Below are positions 50,060-60,026 of a stretch of 64,000 nucleotides of DNA, piece by piece. The stretch's first letter is position 1, and every line of letters starts with the position of its first letter. The notes under the pieces were generated by a model, which worked only from the letters and a program-made list of their open reading frames with translations, was not told where the DNA came from and searched no databases. The position numbers were made by a program, and so were the translations under genes. This DNA comes from an uncultured delta proteobacterium (GTDB taxonomy: Bacteria; Myxococcota; Myxococcia; Myxococcales; Anaeromyxobacteraceae). The DNA lies in the NCBI GenBank assembly GCA_963814585.1, contig CAWFDF010000008.1, positions 480,001 to 544,000 on the forward strand, read 5' to 3'.

Positions 50060-50980
50060 CCGTCCGGCCAGACCAGCTCGACCGAGTCGCTCCTTCGGTC
50101 GGACACGGCGTCCGGCCATCGGCCAGGATCGGCCTCCTTGAGCCGGTGAGGCTGTGCCCTCCGTCACCACTCGATGCCCGGCACGGCCGGGGCCAGCGCA
50201 CGTCGTCGCGGTCGTGAGCGCCCTTCCTTCCCCTTCACCACGCCGCCGTGGCTCGAGGGCGATGACGACATCCACCTTCTCCGTCTCCGGAGGAGCTGCA
50301 CCATGCGCCCTGGCCGCCTCGAGGCGTGGTGAACTTCGCCGCCGGTGTAGTAGGCAGGCCTCGGCGCCGCAGCAGCCCGAGAGGCCGAAGCGGAGGCCCC
50401 GCGCTCGATCACGCGTGCCGACGGACCAGGCCGCTGCTCGGCCAGGCGTCCGCAGCCTGGCCAGCATCGGGTCGCCCGCCCGCGAGGTCGAGGTTGGAGG
50501 CGACGCACCGACCGGGATGCGGCCGGCCTTGGCGGCCACGTCGATCGCCGCGCCGAGGCCGTCGGGCCCGAGGTCGAACTCGTGGTTGCCGAAGGTGGTG
50601 GCGTCGTAGCCCATGCGGGCCATGAGGCGCAGCTCGGCGCCCAGCTCGCGGCTGGCGGCGCCGAAGGGCGTCCCCATGCTGTAGTCGCCGGCGTCGAGCA
50701 CCAGCATCGGCCCCTGCTCCTGCCGCGCCGTCCTGGCGCGTGGCGATCCGAGCGCGGCGAGGCGTGCGTACCCGCCGCGGGTCTGGTCGTCGCCGATCGT
50801 GACATGGGCGTGTAGTCCGACGACGGGCCCAGGCCGATCAGGCTGGAGTGCATGTCGTTGGTGTGCAGGATGGTGAAGGTCCGCTTGCCGGCGGGCGCAG
50901 CGGCCCGCGGCGGGCAGGGGACCGTCGCGCCGACCGCGGCCGCGGTCACCAGGACTGCGACGGAGGGTCTGCCATCGCGG
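50060..50980 (-). pseudogene. 5'-nucleotidase/metallophosphoesterase N-terminal fragment, heavily frameshifted
   Basis: FTILHTNDMHS, GGYARLA, LVLDAGDYSMGT, MGYDATTFGNHEFDLG, VDVVIAL, GGHS spread across frames; C-terminal domain missing. Confidence 0.7.
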
Positions 50981-51042
50981 CGGGCGGGCTTCTTCTCGTC
51001 TCCACGCAGGCGTGATCTGTGGCGCGGCTGGGGCCTGGTGAA

Positions 51043-51079
51043 GGCGGCGGGCCTTCCTCGATGGGAACGACCCGCCGCC
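51043..51079 (-). terminator. Hairpin downstream of the arylsulfatase
   Basis: GGCGGCGGG...CCCGCCGCC outer stem with an inner TTCC/GGAA pair. Confidence 0.55.
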
Positions 51080-51101
51080 CACTGAGGCTCGGAGCCGGTG
51101 G

Positions 51102-52694
51102 CTATTTCTGGGTCTGCTGCAGCTGCTCCATCACCTTGTCGAGGTTGAAGGAGGCGGCCTTCTGCCGCTGCGGGTACTCCTTGAACGTCATGAGGAACTC
51201 ACCCACGTAGGCCTGGACCGGCACCAGTTGGAAGGCGTGGTCGAGCAACCAGTCGTAGTAGGTGTTGGAGGTGACGTCGGCGTGCTCGTAGGGGTCGGTG
51301 CGGAGGTTGAAGATCTTGGGGATGCGCAGGCTGACCAGCGGCTCGGACCAGATGCGCAGCGTCCCCTCGACCCGTTGCTCCATGAAGACGAACTTCCAGT
51401 TGTCGTAGCGCAGCCCGGTCACCTGCTGGTCGTCGTCGACGTAGAGGAACGACTCGCGCGGGCTCTTGGCCACCTTTCCGGCCAGGTAGGGCACCAGGTC
51501 GAAGCCGTCGAGGTGGACCTTGTAGGTCGTGTCGCCGACCTTGTGGCCCTTGAGCAGCTTCCCGGTCACCTGCGCGTCGCCGGCCATGGAGAGGAGCGTC
51601 GGCAGCCAGTCCTGGTGGGAGATGACCTCGTTGGAGATGCTGCCCGCCTTGATCTTGCCCGGCCAGCGGACCAGGGCCGGCACCCGGTAGGCCCCCTCCC
51701 AGTTGGAGTTCTTCTCGTTGCGGAACGGCGTGGTCCCGGCGTCCGGCCAGCTGTTCTGGTGGGGGCCGTTGTCGGTGCTGTACATGACGAAGGTGTTGTC
51801 GGCGATGCCGAGGTCGTCGATGGCCTTGAGGACGGTGCCGACGTTCTTGTCGTGGTCGATCATGGCGTCGTGGTACGGGCTCTGCCAGCGGCCCGACTGG
51901 CCGAGGCTCTCCGGCTTCACGTGGGTGCGGAAGTGCATGTGGGTGAAGTTCACCCAGACGAACATGGGCTTGCCGGCCTTGTGCTGCCGCTTGATGAAGT
52001 CCACGGCACGGTCGGCGGTGACGTCGTCGATGGTCTCCATGCGCTTCCTGGTGAGCGGGCCGGTGTCCTTGCAGACCTGCTTGCCGACCTTGCCGAAGCG
52101 CGGGTCCACGGTCTGGTCGTCGGTGCCCGAGGCCTTGCAGTCCATCACGCCGCGCGGGCCGAACTTGGCGAGGAAGGCCGGGTCCTTCGGGTAGTCGGGC
52201 AGCTCCGGCTCCTCCTCCGCGTTGAGGTGGTAGAGGTTGCCGAAGAACTCGTCGAAGCCATGCACGGTGGGCAGGAACTCGTTGCGGTCGCCCAGGTGGT
52301 TCTTGCCGAACTGGCCAGTGGCATACCCGAGCGGCTTGAGCAACTCGGCGATGGTCGGATCCTGCTTCTGGAGGCCGGTATTGGCGCCCGGCAGGCCCAC
52401 CTTGGTCAGGCCGGTGCGCAGGCCCGACTGCCCGGTGATGAACGAGGCCCGGCCGGCGGTGCAGCTCTGCTCGGCGTAGTAGTCGGTGAAGAGCATGCCC
52501 TCGCGGGCGACGCGGTCGATGTTGGGCGTCTGGTAGCCCATCATGCCGCGCGAGTAGGCGCTGACGTTCGACTGACCGATGTCATCGCCCCAGATGATGA
52601 CGATGTTCGGCTTCTTCTGCTGCGCCCCGGCGGAGGCCGGCAGGCCGAGCCAGGCCATCGAGGCGACGGCCAGGATCTTGAGGTGGACTCTCAT
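51102..52694 (-). CDS. Exported arylsulfatase (Cys-type)
   Basis: Signal peptide, KPNIVIIWGDDIG, SCTAGRASFITG, GKNHLGD, STDNG, FNLRTDPYE. Confidence 0.93.
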   Translation of the reverse strand: MRVHLKILAVASMAWLGLPASAGAQQKKPNIVIIWGDDIGQSNVSAYSRGMMGYQTPNIDRVAREGMLFTDYYAEQSCTAGRASFITGQSGLRTGLTKVGLPGANTGLQKQDPTIAELLKPLGYATGQFGKNHLGDRNEFLPTVHGFDEFFGNLYHLNAEEEPELPDYPKDPAFLAKFGPRGVMDCKASGTDDQTVDPRFGKVGKQVCKDTGPLTRKRMETIDDVTADRAVDFIKRQHKAGKPMFVWVNFTHMHFRTHVKPESLGQSGRWQSPYHDAMIDHDKNVGTVLKAIDDLGIADNTFVMYSTDNGPHQNSWPDAGTTPFRNEKNSNWEGAYRVPALVRWPGKIKAGSISNEVISHQDWLPTLLSMAGDAQVTGKLLKGHKVGDTTYKVHLDGFDLVPYLAGKVAKSPRESFLYVDDDQQVTGLRYDNWKFVFMEQRVEGTLRIWSEPLVSLRIPKIFNLRTDPYEHADVTSNTYYDWLLDHAFQLVPVQAYVGEFLMTFKEYPQRQKAASFNLDKVMEQLQQTQK

Positions 52695-52842
52695 CGGTGG
52701 TTCTCCCTGACTCTCGTTGGACAGCTCGGCCCAGTTCTGCGGCCTGGTGCGCCGCGGCGGTCAGCGGGCACCCGCTCGCCCAATTGGGCGGGCGCATCAT
52801 GCCGCTGTGGGATGCCGCCATGAGAACTCTTTTGGGCTTACG

Positions 52843-52857
52843 ATAACCACGGGTTAT
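52843..52857. promoter_or_regulatory. LysR-type T-N11-A dyad operator
   Basis: ATAAC-CACGG-GTTAT, 8 nt upstream of the lysR start in the divergent spacer. Confidence 0.7.
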
Positions 52858-52865
52858 GTTGGTCC

Positions 52866-53831
52866 ATGCCCCTGGATATCCGCCAGCTTCGCCACGTCGC
52901 CGCCATCGGCCGCCACCGGAGCTTCGCCCGGGCCGCCGCATCGCTCGGGATCAGCCAGCCGGCGCTCAGCAAGAGCCTCGCCGCCATCGAGCGCGCCCTG
53001 GAGGTGCGGCTCTTCGAGCGGAACCAGAAGGGGGTGACGCCGACGGCCTTCGGCGAGGTGATCCTGGCCCGGGCCGGCCCGCTCTTCCGCGGCGTGGACG
53101 AGGTGCTGGCCGAGGTGCGTCGCCTGCGCGGGCTCGAGACCGGTTCGGTGGTGGTCGGGACCGGCCCCTTCCCGTTCGAGCTCTCGGTGTCGGACGCGGC
53201 GGTCGCCGTGGTGAAGAGCCACCCCCGGCTCCTGGTGCGGCTGATCCAGGGAGACTGGGAGTCACTGGCCCACGAGGTGCTCTCCGGCGCGCTCGACCTG
53301 GCGGTCGCCGAGGTGTCCGCCGCGGAGCAGGAGCCTCGCCTCTCGGTCGAGCCGCTCGGCGCCCACGGCGGGGTCTTCTACTGCCGGAGCGGCCACCCGC
53401 TCCTGTCACTTCCGGCGCGGGACTTCGACGACCTCGCCGGCTTTCCCTTCACCATCAACCCGCTCCCGGGTCGGGTGGCCCCATTCTTCGAGCGGATCAC
53501 CTCGGCCGGAAGGATCGACCCGGTCACCGGCCACTTCCTCCCGTCCATCACGCTCGACTCGGTGGCGCTGATGCGGCGGATGGTGCGACAGACCGACGCG
53601 GTGAGCTGGGCGCCGACCATCCTGATCGCCACCGAGCTGCGGGCCGGCACGCTGGCGGCGCTGCCGTTCAACCCGCCGTGGGCTCGGCTCAACTACGGAA
53701 TCATCCGCCGGGCCGACCGCCCGTTGACGCCTGCCGTCGAGGCGTTCCTCGCCGAGCTCAGGGCGGCCGAGGCGAGGCTGCCGCCCGTGGTGGAGCCGCC
53801 GCGACCGCGCCGCCGGGCTCAGCGCGGGTAG
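52866..53831 (+). CDS. LysR-family transcriptional regulator
   Basis: SFARAAASLGISQPALSKSL..LFER HTH plus substrate-binding domain; divergent from the sulfatase. Confidence 0.93.
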   Translation: MPLDIRQLRHVAAIGRHRSFARAAASLGISQPALSKSLAAIERALEVRLFERNQKGVTPTAFGEVILARAGPLFRGVDEVLAEVRRLRGLETGSVVVGTGPFPFELSVSDAAVAVVKSHPRLLVRLIQGDWESLAHEVLSGALDLAVAEVSAAEQEPRLSVEPLGAHGGVFYCRSGHPLLSLPARDFDDLAGFPFTINPLPGRVAPFFERITSAGRIDPVTGHFLPSITLDSVALMRRMVRQTDAVSWAPTILIATELRAGTLAALPFNPPWARLNYGIIRRADRPLTPAVEAFLAELRAAEARLPPVVEPPRPRRRAQRG

Positions 53832-54140
53832 ACGGCCTTCCAGTCCTCCCTACATGCTCACCACCATCCAGCCCTTCGCCCTGGCCTCGTCGAGCCCCTG
53901 GTCGAGGCGGCCGACGGGCGAGGTGCGGTCGTAGGCCGCCTCGCGCGCGGCGTCGTCATGGTGGACGTAGAGGCAGAGGCTCGGCCCCGGGCCTGCCGCG
54001 GTCGACTGCAGCATCCGCAGGTCGCCGTTGGAGTTGCCGAAGGCGGCGATGGGGCGGCGGCCGATCGCCCGCTGGACCCCGACCGGGCAGCCCGCCTTGT
54101 CGTCGACGAAGTCGACCTCGGGGAGCTGCACCACCACGAG
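53819..54140 (-). pseudogene. Second, truncated copy of the HAD hydrolase C-terminus
   Basis: LPEVDFVDDKAG..GRRPIAAFGNSNGD..HDDAAREAAYDRTSPVGRLD..GWMVVSM; aligns by eye with 49365-49663; no N-terminal part. Confidence 0.75.
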
Positions 54141-54159
54141 GGCGCCCCCGCCGCCTCCT

Positions 54160-56727
54160 TCACTTCCCGTCGCTGCGCTTGACCACGCCCGCGCAGCGCT
54201 GCGTCCAGTAGAAGCGGTCCGCGTCCACGGCGACGAGGTTGGGCTGGTCCGAGGCGCAGGCCCCCTCGAAGAGGTCGAGCCCCGCGGCGCGGAGCCTGGC
54301 CTCCTGGGTGCCCAGGTCCACCTGCCCGAGGTGGTACGGATCCGCCCAGTAGAGGCTGGCCCCGTCGAGCGCCAGCGACACCGGCGCTCCGGCGAGCCCG
54401 GCGGCGAGCAGGGTGCGCGCCCCGCCCGTCGCCGCCACACGGTAGATCTCCCCGGAGCCCTGCACCGCGTAGTAGGCGGCGTCCGCGTCGGCCACCAGCG
54501 CCGAGATGGCCGGGAGGTCCGACGCCACGGTGACGACGCTGCCGCCCGTCACCGGGATGCGGCGAAGGACGTGCTTCCCGTATTCGACGGCGTGCGGCGT
54601 CACCCAGGTGACCACGCCCGCCGCCACCACGACCTCGGAGCCCCCGGGCTGCCCGGGCACGCCGCCGGCGAAGAGCACCACGGGCGCGCCGCCGGCCACC
54701 GGCGTGCGCAGCAGCGTGCCGTCGGACACCAGGGTCACGAGGTGGATCCCGTCGGTGGCCAGCGCGGCGACGCCGCTGGAGGCCGACACCACGCTCTCCG
54801 GAGCTCCACCGGAGATCGGCGCACGCTTCACCCGCCAGCCGTCGGCCAGGAAGACGCTCGTGCCGTCCGAGGCGACGCGCGGCGTGGCCGTGAAGAGCGC
54901 CCCGATCACCGTGGTGGCGATCCCTCCGGAGAGCGGCACGCGACCGACCCGGCCGAGGCCGCCGATCTGGCCATAGGCGCCGCCCTCGATCCAGGTCACG
55001 GCCGCCGCCGCGGCGTCGATCCGGACCCCCTCCGGGAAGTCGAGGAGGTCTGCCAGGGTGGTGGCCGCGCCGACGGAGAGCGGCGCGGCGCGGACCCGGC
55101 CGTTGGCGGTGATGGCGCAGCACTCGGTCTCGGCCCAGGCGACCTGGCCCGGGCCGACGGCGAGGCTGACGCCCTGCGGGATGCCGGAGACGAGCGTGGA
55201 CACCGCTCCGCCCGCCACCGGCGCGGCGCGGATGGCGTGGAGGTCGATCCAGGAGGCGGCGCCGCCCCCTGCCACGATCTGCCTGGCGTAGTCCGAGCCC
55301 TCGACGCCGCTCGTCTCGAAGAGCACGGTGACGGTCCCGCCCGCCACGGGCACCGAGAGGATCCGGTACCCGCCGAAGTTGGTGTCCGAGTAGACGACGC
55401 GCCCGGCGTCCACGGCGACGCCGCCCCGGGTCATCCAGTTCCCCGGGACGGAGCCAGGGGGGAGCGTGGGCGGGGGCTCGTTCCTCCAGCCGTCCACCAG
55501 GATCGCCACCTCGCCCCCCGCCTTGGGCACCGCGCGGACGCCGCTGTCGGCAGGCTGGCGCCCGTCCCCCGTGAGGGGCCCCATTCCCTCCTGGACCCAG
55601 TAGAGGTGGGAGGCGTCGGCGGCGATGCCTCTGACCTCCGTCCCCGTGGTCGCCAGCGTCACGGGGGGGCCGCCCGAGAGCGGCACCTTGACGATCGCCC
55701 GCGAGCAGTACGGGCCGCAGAGGTTCTTCACCCAGTAGGCCGAGTCGGCATCCACCACCAGGTCGCCCATGCCGCCGATGCTGTTCTCCAGCGGCCCCTC
55801 GTCGAGCACGGTGGTGGCCGTCCCGTCGAGCCCGCTCCGGAGGAGCTGGGTCCCGGAGATCCAGTAGAGGTGGTTCCCGGCCTGGAGCGCGCTCTTTGGC
55901 ATGTGGTGCCGCTCGACCACCACGGTGGGCGGACCCCCGGCGGCCGGCACCGACTTCACCGGCGCGTCGCTGGCGTCGGTCCACAGGAGCCTTCCGGCGG
56001 TGGCGATGAGCTGGGCGGCGCCAGGGGCCGAGGCGACCAGGGTGCCGACGGTCACGTCGAACGGGACCCCGTCGAAGCCGAGGAGCAGGACGCCCGACTC
56101 CGGCGCGGCGCCCGGGAACGGGTGGAGCGTGGCGCCGCCCACCACCATGACCCGCGTTCCCTCGGTGAGCGAGCCGGCCGGGATCTCGAGCGAGGTGACG
56201 CTCCCGGCCACCTGCCGGGTCTCCCCGGCGCCGGGCCAGAGCAGGTTGCCCTGGAGGTCGGCGACGCTCACGAAGTACCCCTCCCCTGGCGGCGGGACGG
56301 CCGCGCTCCAGGTCACCGTGTTGGATCCGAGGCCCGACCAGGTCGCGCCGCTCGTGGGCGCGGTGATGGTGGCGTAGCTCGACGGCTGCTGCACCGTGAC
56401 CGAGACGTCCCTCCCGGCACCGGTGACCGAGACGGTGACCGGCACGCCTGGCCGGACGTCCACCGGCCCTCCGTAGGTCATGCTCTCCGCCGCGTACGGC
56501 AGGACCACCCCGTTCACCCGCACCGTGGCCGTGGTGATCACCGCGGTGCCGGCGGCATCGGCCACGATGATCTCGGCGGCGCCCTCGAGGCCCGGGGACC
56601 CGAGCCCCGGCGCCACGCCGATGACCGTGGCGAGGACGAGCGGCGCGGGGCCCTCGTCCTTGCTCCCGCACCCCGCGAGGACCGCGACCAAGGCCAGGCA
56701 GCACGCCGAGCGACCGAGACGGGCCAT
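54160..56727 (-). CDS. Large lipoprotein with beta-propeller-type repeats
   Basis: Lipobox VLAGC; repeats LVVDADSAYW, IAADASHLYW, LALDGASLYW, VAVDADRFYW separated by P..GG....L linkers. Confidence 0.8.
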   Translation of the reverse strand: MARLGRSACCLALVAVLAGCGSKDEGPAPLVLATVIGVAPGLGSPGLEGAAEIIVADAAGTAVITTATVRVNGVVLPYAAESMTYGGPVDVRPGVPVTVSVTGAGRDVSVTVQQPSSYATITAPTSGATWSGLGSNTVTWSAAVPPPGEGYFVSVADLQGNLLWPGAGETRQVAGSVTSLEIPAGSLTEGTRVMVVGGATLHPFPGAAPESGVLLLGFDGVPFDVTVGTLVASAPGAAQLIATAGRLLWTDASDAPVKSVPAAGGPPTVVVERHHMPKSALQAGNHLYWISGTQLLRSGLDGTATTVLDEGPLENSIGGMGDLVVDADSAYWVKNLCGPYCSRAIVKVPLSGGPPVTLATTGTEVRGIAADASHLYWVQEGMGPLTGDGRQPADSGVRAVPKAGGEVAILVDGWRNEPPPTLPPGSVPGNWMTRGGVAVDAGRVVYSDTNFGGYRILSVPVAGGTVTVLFETSGVEGSDYARQIVAGGGAASWIDLHAIRAAPVAGGAVSTLVSGIPQGVSLAVGPGQVAWAETECCAITANGRVRAAPLSVGAATTLADLLDFPEGVRIDAAAAAVTWIEGGAYGQIGGLGRVGRVPLSGGIATTVIGALFTATPRVASDGTSVFLADGWRVKRAPISGGAPESVVSASSGVAALATDGIHLVTLVSDGTLLRTPVAGGAPVVLFAGGVPGQPGGSEVVVAAGVVTWVTPHAVEYGKHVLRRIPVTGGSVVTVASDLPAISALVADADAAYYAVQGSGEIYRVAATGGARTLLAAGLAGAPVSLALDGASLYWADPYHLGQVDLGTQEARLRAAGLDLFEGACASDQPNLVAVDADRFYWTQRCAGVVKRSDGK

Positions 56728-56973
56728 GACGACCTCCCCCTTGATGCACCCCCGGTCGAGCGCGCCGACCAGTGACGCACCCCAAGGCTAGCCCCTGCCG
56801 GGCGCTGCGGATACCCCTCGCCCCGTCGAGGTCCGCCCTCGCAGGGGCATGACCCCTGGTGTATCCCGTCGCGGCGCCATCGCGGCGCCGTCTGCGTCAG
56901 GGCGCCACATCTCGACACCGTGCCGCCGGGCCAGACGTGCCCGCCCCGCAGGGCGATTCCTCCGCCCCGCTCC

Positions 56974-58188
56974 CTAGAACGGGTGCACGAACAGCCCGCT
57001 CCGCAGCTTCGGCTCGAACCAGGTGCTCTTGGGCGGCATGATCAGCCCGGCGTCGGAGACGTTCATCACCTGCTCGACGCGCGTCGGGAAGAGGTGGAGG
57101 GCCAGCGCCCAGCCCTCCCCATCCACGCGCCGCTCCAGCTCCTCGTGGCCGCGGATGCCGCCGACGAAGTCGACGTCCCTGGAGGTGCGTGGGTCCTTGA
57201 TGCCGAAGAGCGGCTCGAGGATCTGGTCCTGGGCCAGCGAGCAGTCGAGGCTGGCCACCGGGTCCTCGGCCGGGAAGGTCCCGGGGCGGACGTGGGCGTG
57301 GTACCAGCGCTTCCCCAGGTAGATGCCGAAGGCCTGCGGGTGGTCGGGCACCGGCGAGGCGGCCGGCTCGAGGTCGAGGACCTCCTGCAGCGCCTCCAGC
57401 AGCGCCTTCGTCGAGCGCCGCTGCGGATCGCGCACCAGCCTGTTGTAGGCCAGGATCTGCATCTGGTCGTGGGGGAACACCACCGCCAGGAACTGGGCGT
57501 GATCCCCCGGCTGCCCCTTCCGCCTCGCGTGCACCCGCGACGCCGCGGCGGAGCGGTGATGGCCGTCCGCCACGTAGAGGGCCGGCACGGCGGCGAAGAG
57601 CGCCTCCAGCCTCGCGGCCGCGGCGTCCGGCACCAGCCAGAGCTGGTGGGCCACCGCATCCTGCGTCACCAGGTCGTACTCCGGCGCGGCCCGCTGCACC
57701 TCCGCCACCAGGGCGTCGATGGCCGGCACCGCCCGGTAGGTGAGGAAGACCGGCTCGTCGTGGGCCGCCATGGCGTCGACGTGGCGGACCCGGTCCTCCT
57801 CCTTGTCGGCGCGCGTCTTCTCGTGCTTCTTGATGAGCCCGCGATCGTACTCGTCGACGCTGGCGCAGGCCACCAGCCCGACCTGCCGGTGCCGCCCCAT
57901 GCGCTGGGCGTAGACGAAGTAGCGCGGCGCCGCCTCGGCCACCAGCACGCCGCGCCGGGTCAGCTCGTCGAGGTTCCTCTTTCCCTGGGCGTAGACCTCG
58001 TCGGCGTGCTCGTCGGTCCCGTCCGGCAGGTCGATCTCGGGGCGCGAGACCCGCAGGTAGCTGTCTCGGTTGCCGGCCGCCAGGGCACGGGCCTCGGCCG
58101 TGGAGACGACGTCGTACGGGGGAGAGGCCACCCTCGCGGCCAGCGCGGCCGGCGGACGGAGGGCGCGGAACGGTCGGAGGATGGACAT
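56974..58188 (-). CDS. DUF1015 family protein
   Basis: PFRALRP, SPPYDVVS, IKKHEKTR, YVADGHHR, MPPKSTWFEPKLRSGL. Confidence 0.9.
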   Translation of the reverse strand: MSILRPFRALRPPAALAARVASPPYDVVSTAEARALAAGNRDSYLRVSRPEIDLPDGTDEHADEVYAQGKRNLDELTRRGVLVAEAAPRYFVYAQRMGRHRQVGLVACASVDEYDRGLIKKHEKTRADKEEDRVRHVDAMAAHDEPVFLTYRAVPAIDALVAEVQRAAPEYDLVTQDAVAHQLWLVPDAAAARLEALFAAVPALYVADGHHRSAAASRVHARRKGQPGDHAQFLAVVFPHDQMQILAYNRLVRDPQRRSTKALLEALQEVLDLEPAASPVPDHPQAFGIYLGKRWYHAHVRPGTFPAEDPVASLDCSLAQDQILEPLFGIKDPRTSRDVDFVGGIRGHEELERRVDGEGWALALHLFPTRVEQVMNVSDAGLIMPPKSTWFEPKLRSGLFVHPF

Positions 58189-58203
58189 GTCGGGGCCTGG
58201 CGC

Positions 58204-58425
58204 TCAGCCCCAGAGCTTGTCGTCGCGCCCCTTGAGCACCGCGCCGCAGATGGCGCAGATCTTGGTGCTACCGCCGGCGGCGGCGTGCCGGCCATCGGGG
58301 TAGGTGTGCTCGCACCCGGCCAGCGTCTTCTCCACCTCGGCCCGGAACTCGGCCAGCGCCCCTTCCAGCCGCTTGATCACGTCTCGCAGCACGTCCTGAC
58401 GGGCAACACGTTCGGCCTGGGTCAT
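58204..58425 (-). CDS. Small protein with putative metal-binding CxH...CxxC motif
   Basis: GGAGG RBS; helical N-terminus, then CEHTYPDG..CAICG. Confidence 0.65.
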   Translation of the reverse strand: MTQAERVARQDVLRDVIKRLEGALAEFRAEVEKTLAGCEHTYPDGRHAAAGGSTKICAICGAVLKGRDDKLWG

Positions 58426-58659
58426 GCGACCTCCGAGGTCCATCGTTGAAATGGGGGGCGATGATACACCGCAGCCGCCGCCGGTGTCCCGCCCCCTCGC
58501 GCACGCGCCGGCGCTGGAGTCCCCGACCGAGGCGAGGCGGGCCTGGCCGGTCGCCGGGCCGGCTCATTCCTGTTGACCGCCCTGCCCGTTGGAGCAGACT
58601 CGTACCGCCTGGGAGTGCGCCAATCGCGCACTCCCTCAACGTCCAGCGAGGTCGACCGC

Positions 58660-59928
58660 ATGCTTGCCAGTCCGTCCCTCCGTGTTGCCGTGATCGCGAG
58701 CGCCCTCGGGTTGGCGGCCTGCGGCACGTCCCGGGACACTCCACCCCCGGCCGCCGACACCAGCTGCACCGGCTGCCACGGCGACCCGTCGCGCTCCGGC
58801 ACCTCGGTCGAGCAGGCCGCGCCGCCCAGGGACGCCCACGGCCAGTCGGACGCCACGCTGGTGACGGTGGGCGCCCACCAGGCCCACCTGTCGAACGGAG
58901 TCGCCTGCGCCACCTGCCATGTGGTCCCGCCGGCGGGCGACCTGAGCCACTTCGGCCAGCCCTACGCCACGGTCACCTTCTCCGGCAACATCGTGGGCGC
59001 CCAGGGCGCCACGGTGGCGCCGTGGAACCGCGACCTGCCGACCTGCGCGAACTACTGCCACGGTGACTTCACCAACGGGAACAGGGCCACCCCGAGCTGG
59101 ATCGCCGCCGCCGCCATGACCTGCAACTCCTGCCACGGCGCCGGCGCCGGCGCGGTGGCGACGCCGCCGGGCGGGACGCACCCCCAGGGCAAGCCCGACT
59201 GCTCGGGGTGCCACACCGGCTACACGACCACCTCGGTCAACCTGGCGAGCCACCTCAACGGCCAGTTCGACGTCGTCACGCTGACCTGCACCTCCTGCCA
59301 CGGCGACGCCACCCGGCCGGGTACGGCGCTCGTGCAGGCAGCCCCGCCCGTGGACTCGCAGGGGCACTCCGGCACCAACGAGCTGAGGGTCGGGGCCCAC
59401 CAGGCCCACCTCGGAAACGGCGTCGACTGCACCACCTGCCACGAGATCCCGCCGGCCGGTGACACCGCCCACAGCCTCGAGCCGTACGCCACGGTCACCT
59501 TCACGGGCAACCTGGTGGGAGCCAACGGCACGCCGGTGGCGCCGTGGAATCGCGACCTGGGAACCTGCACCAACTACTGCCACGGCGCCTCCCTGCCCGC
59601 GACCGCACGGCCCGCGCCGCACTGGACCAGCTCCACGCCGCTCGGCTGCGGCGGCTGCCACGCTGACCAGCAGTCCTTCGCGACCTCCAGCGGCCTCCAC
59701 TGGTTCCACCTGACGTCCATCTCGCCGACCTTCGACTGCGTCGCCTGCCACGGAGCCGGCTACACCGGCACCGCCGTCACCGCACCGGCGACCGCCACGC
59801 ACCGCGATACGCTGGTGAAGACGCAGCCCGTCGTGGGCTGGCAGGACCCCCGCTGCGTCGCCGACGGTCCGCGCGCCTGCTTTGCGAGCTGCCACACCGT
59901 CGTGGTGGCGTGCAAGGTCTGGCCCTGA
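58660..59928 (+). CDS. Multiheme cytochrome c lipoprotein (8 CxxCH + 3 CxxxCH)
   Basis: Lipobox LAAC; CTGCH, CATCH, CANYCH, CNSCH, CSGCH, CTSCH, CTTCH, CTNYCH, CGGCH, CVACH, CFASCH; two VGAHQAH modules. Confidence 0.92.
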   Translation: MLASPSLRVAVIASALGLAACGTSRDTPPPAADTSCTGCHGDPSRSGTSVEQAAPPRDAHGQSDATLVTVGAHQAHLSNGVACATCHVVPPAGDLSHFGQPYATVTFSGNIVGAQGATVAPWNRDLPTCANYCHGDFTNGNRATPSWIAAAAMTCNSCHGAGAGAVATPPGGTHPQGKPDCSGCHTGYTTTSVNLASHLNGQFDVVTLTCTSCHGDATRPGTALVQAAPPVDSQGHSGTNELRVGAHQAHLGNGVDCTTCHEIPPAGDTAHSLEPYATVTFTGNLVGANGTPVAPWNRDLGTCTNYCHGASLPATARPAPHWTSSTPLGCGGCHADQQSFATSSGLHWFHLTSISPTFDCVACHGAGYTGTAVTAPATATHRDTLVKTQPVVGWQDPRCVADGPRACFASCHTVVVACKVWP

Positions 59929-60026
59929 GCGCGACGACCGGGTCCCGGTCTCGACAGGCGCACGGCGGTCGACACGCATCGGCCAGGGCCCGCTGGCAAG
60001 CAGATCGTGTCGGCCGGGCCCGGCCC

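Noticed and set aside
56730..56970. Structured RNA upstream of the propeller lipoprotein (CAGGGG-CATGA-CCCCTG, GGATAC/GTATCC)
   Set aside because: Short stems expected by chance at this GC content; no recognisable family motif
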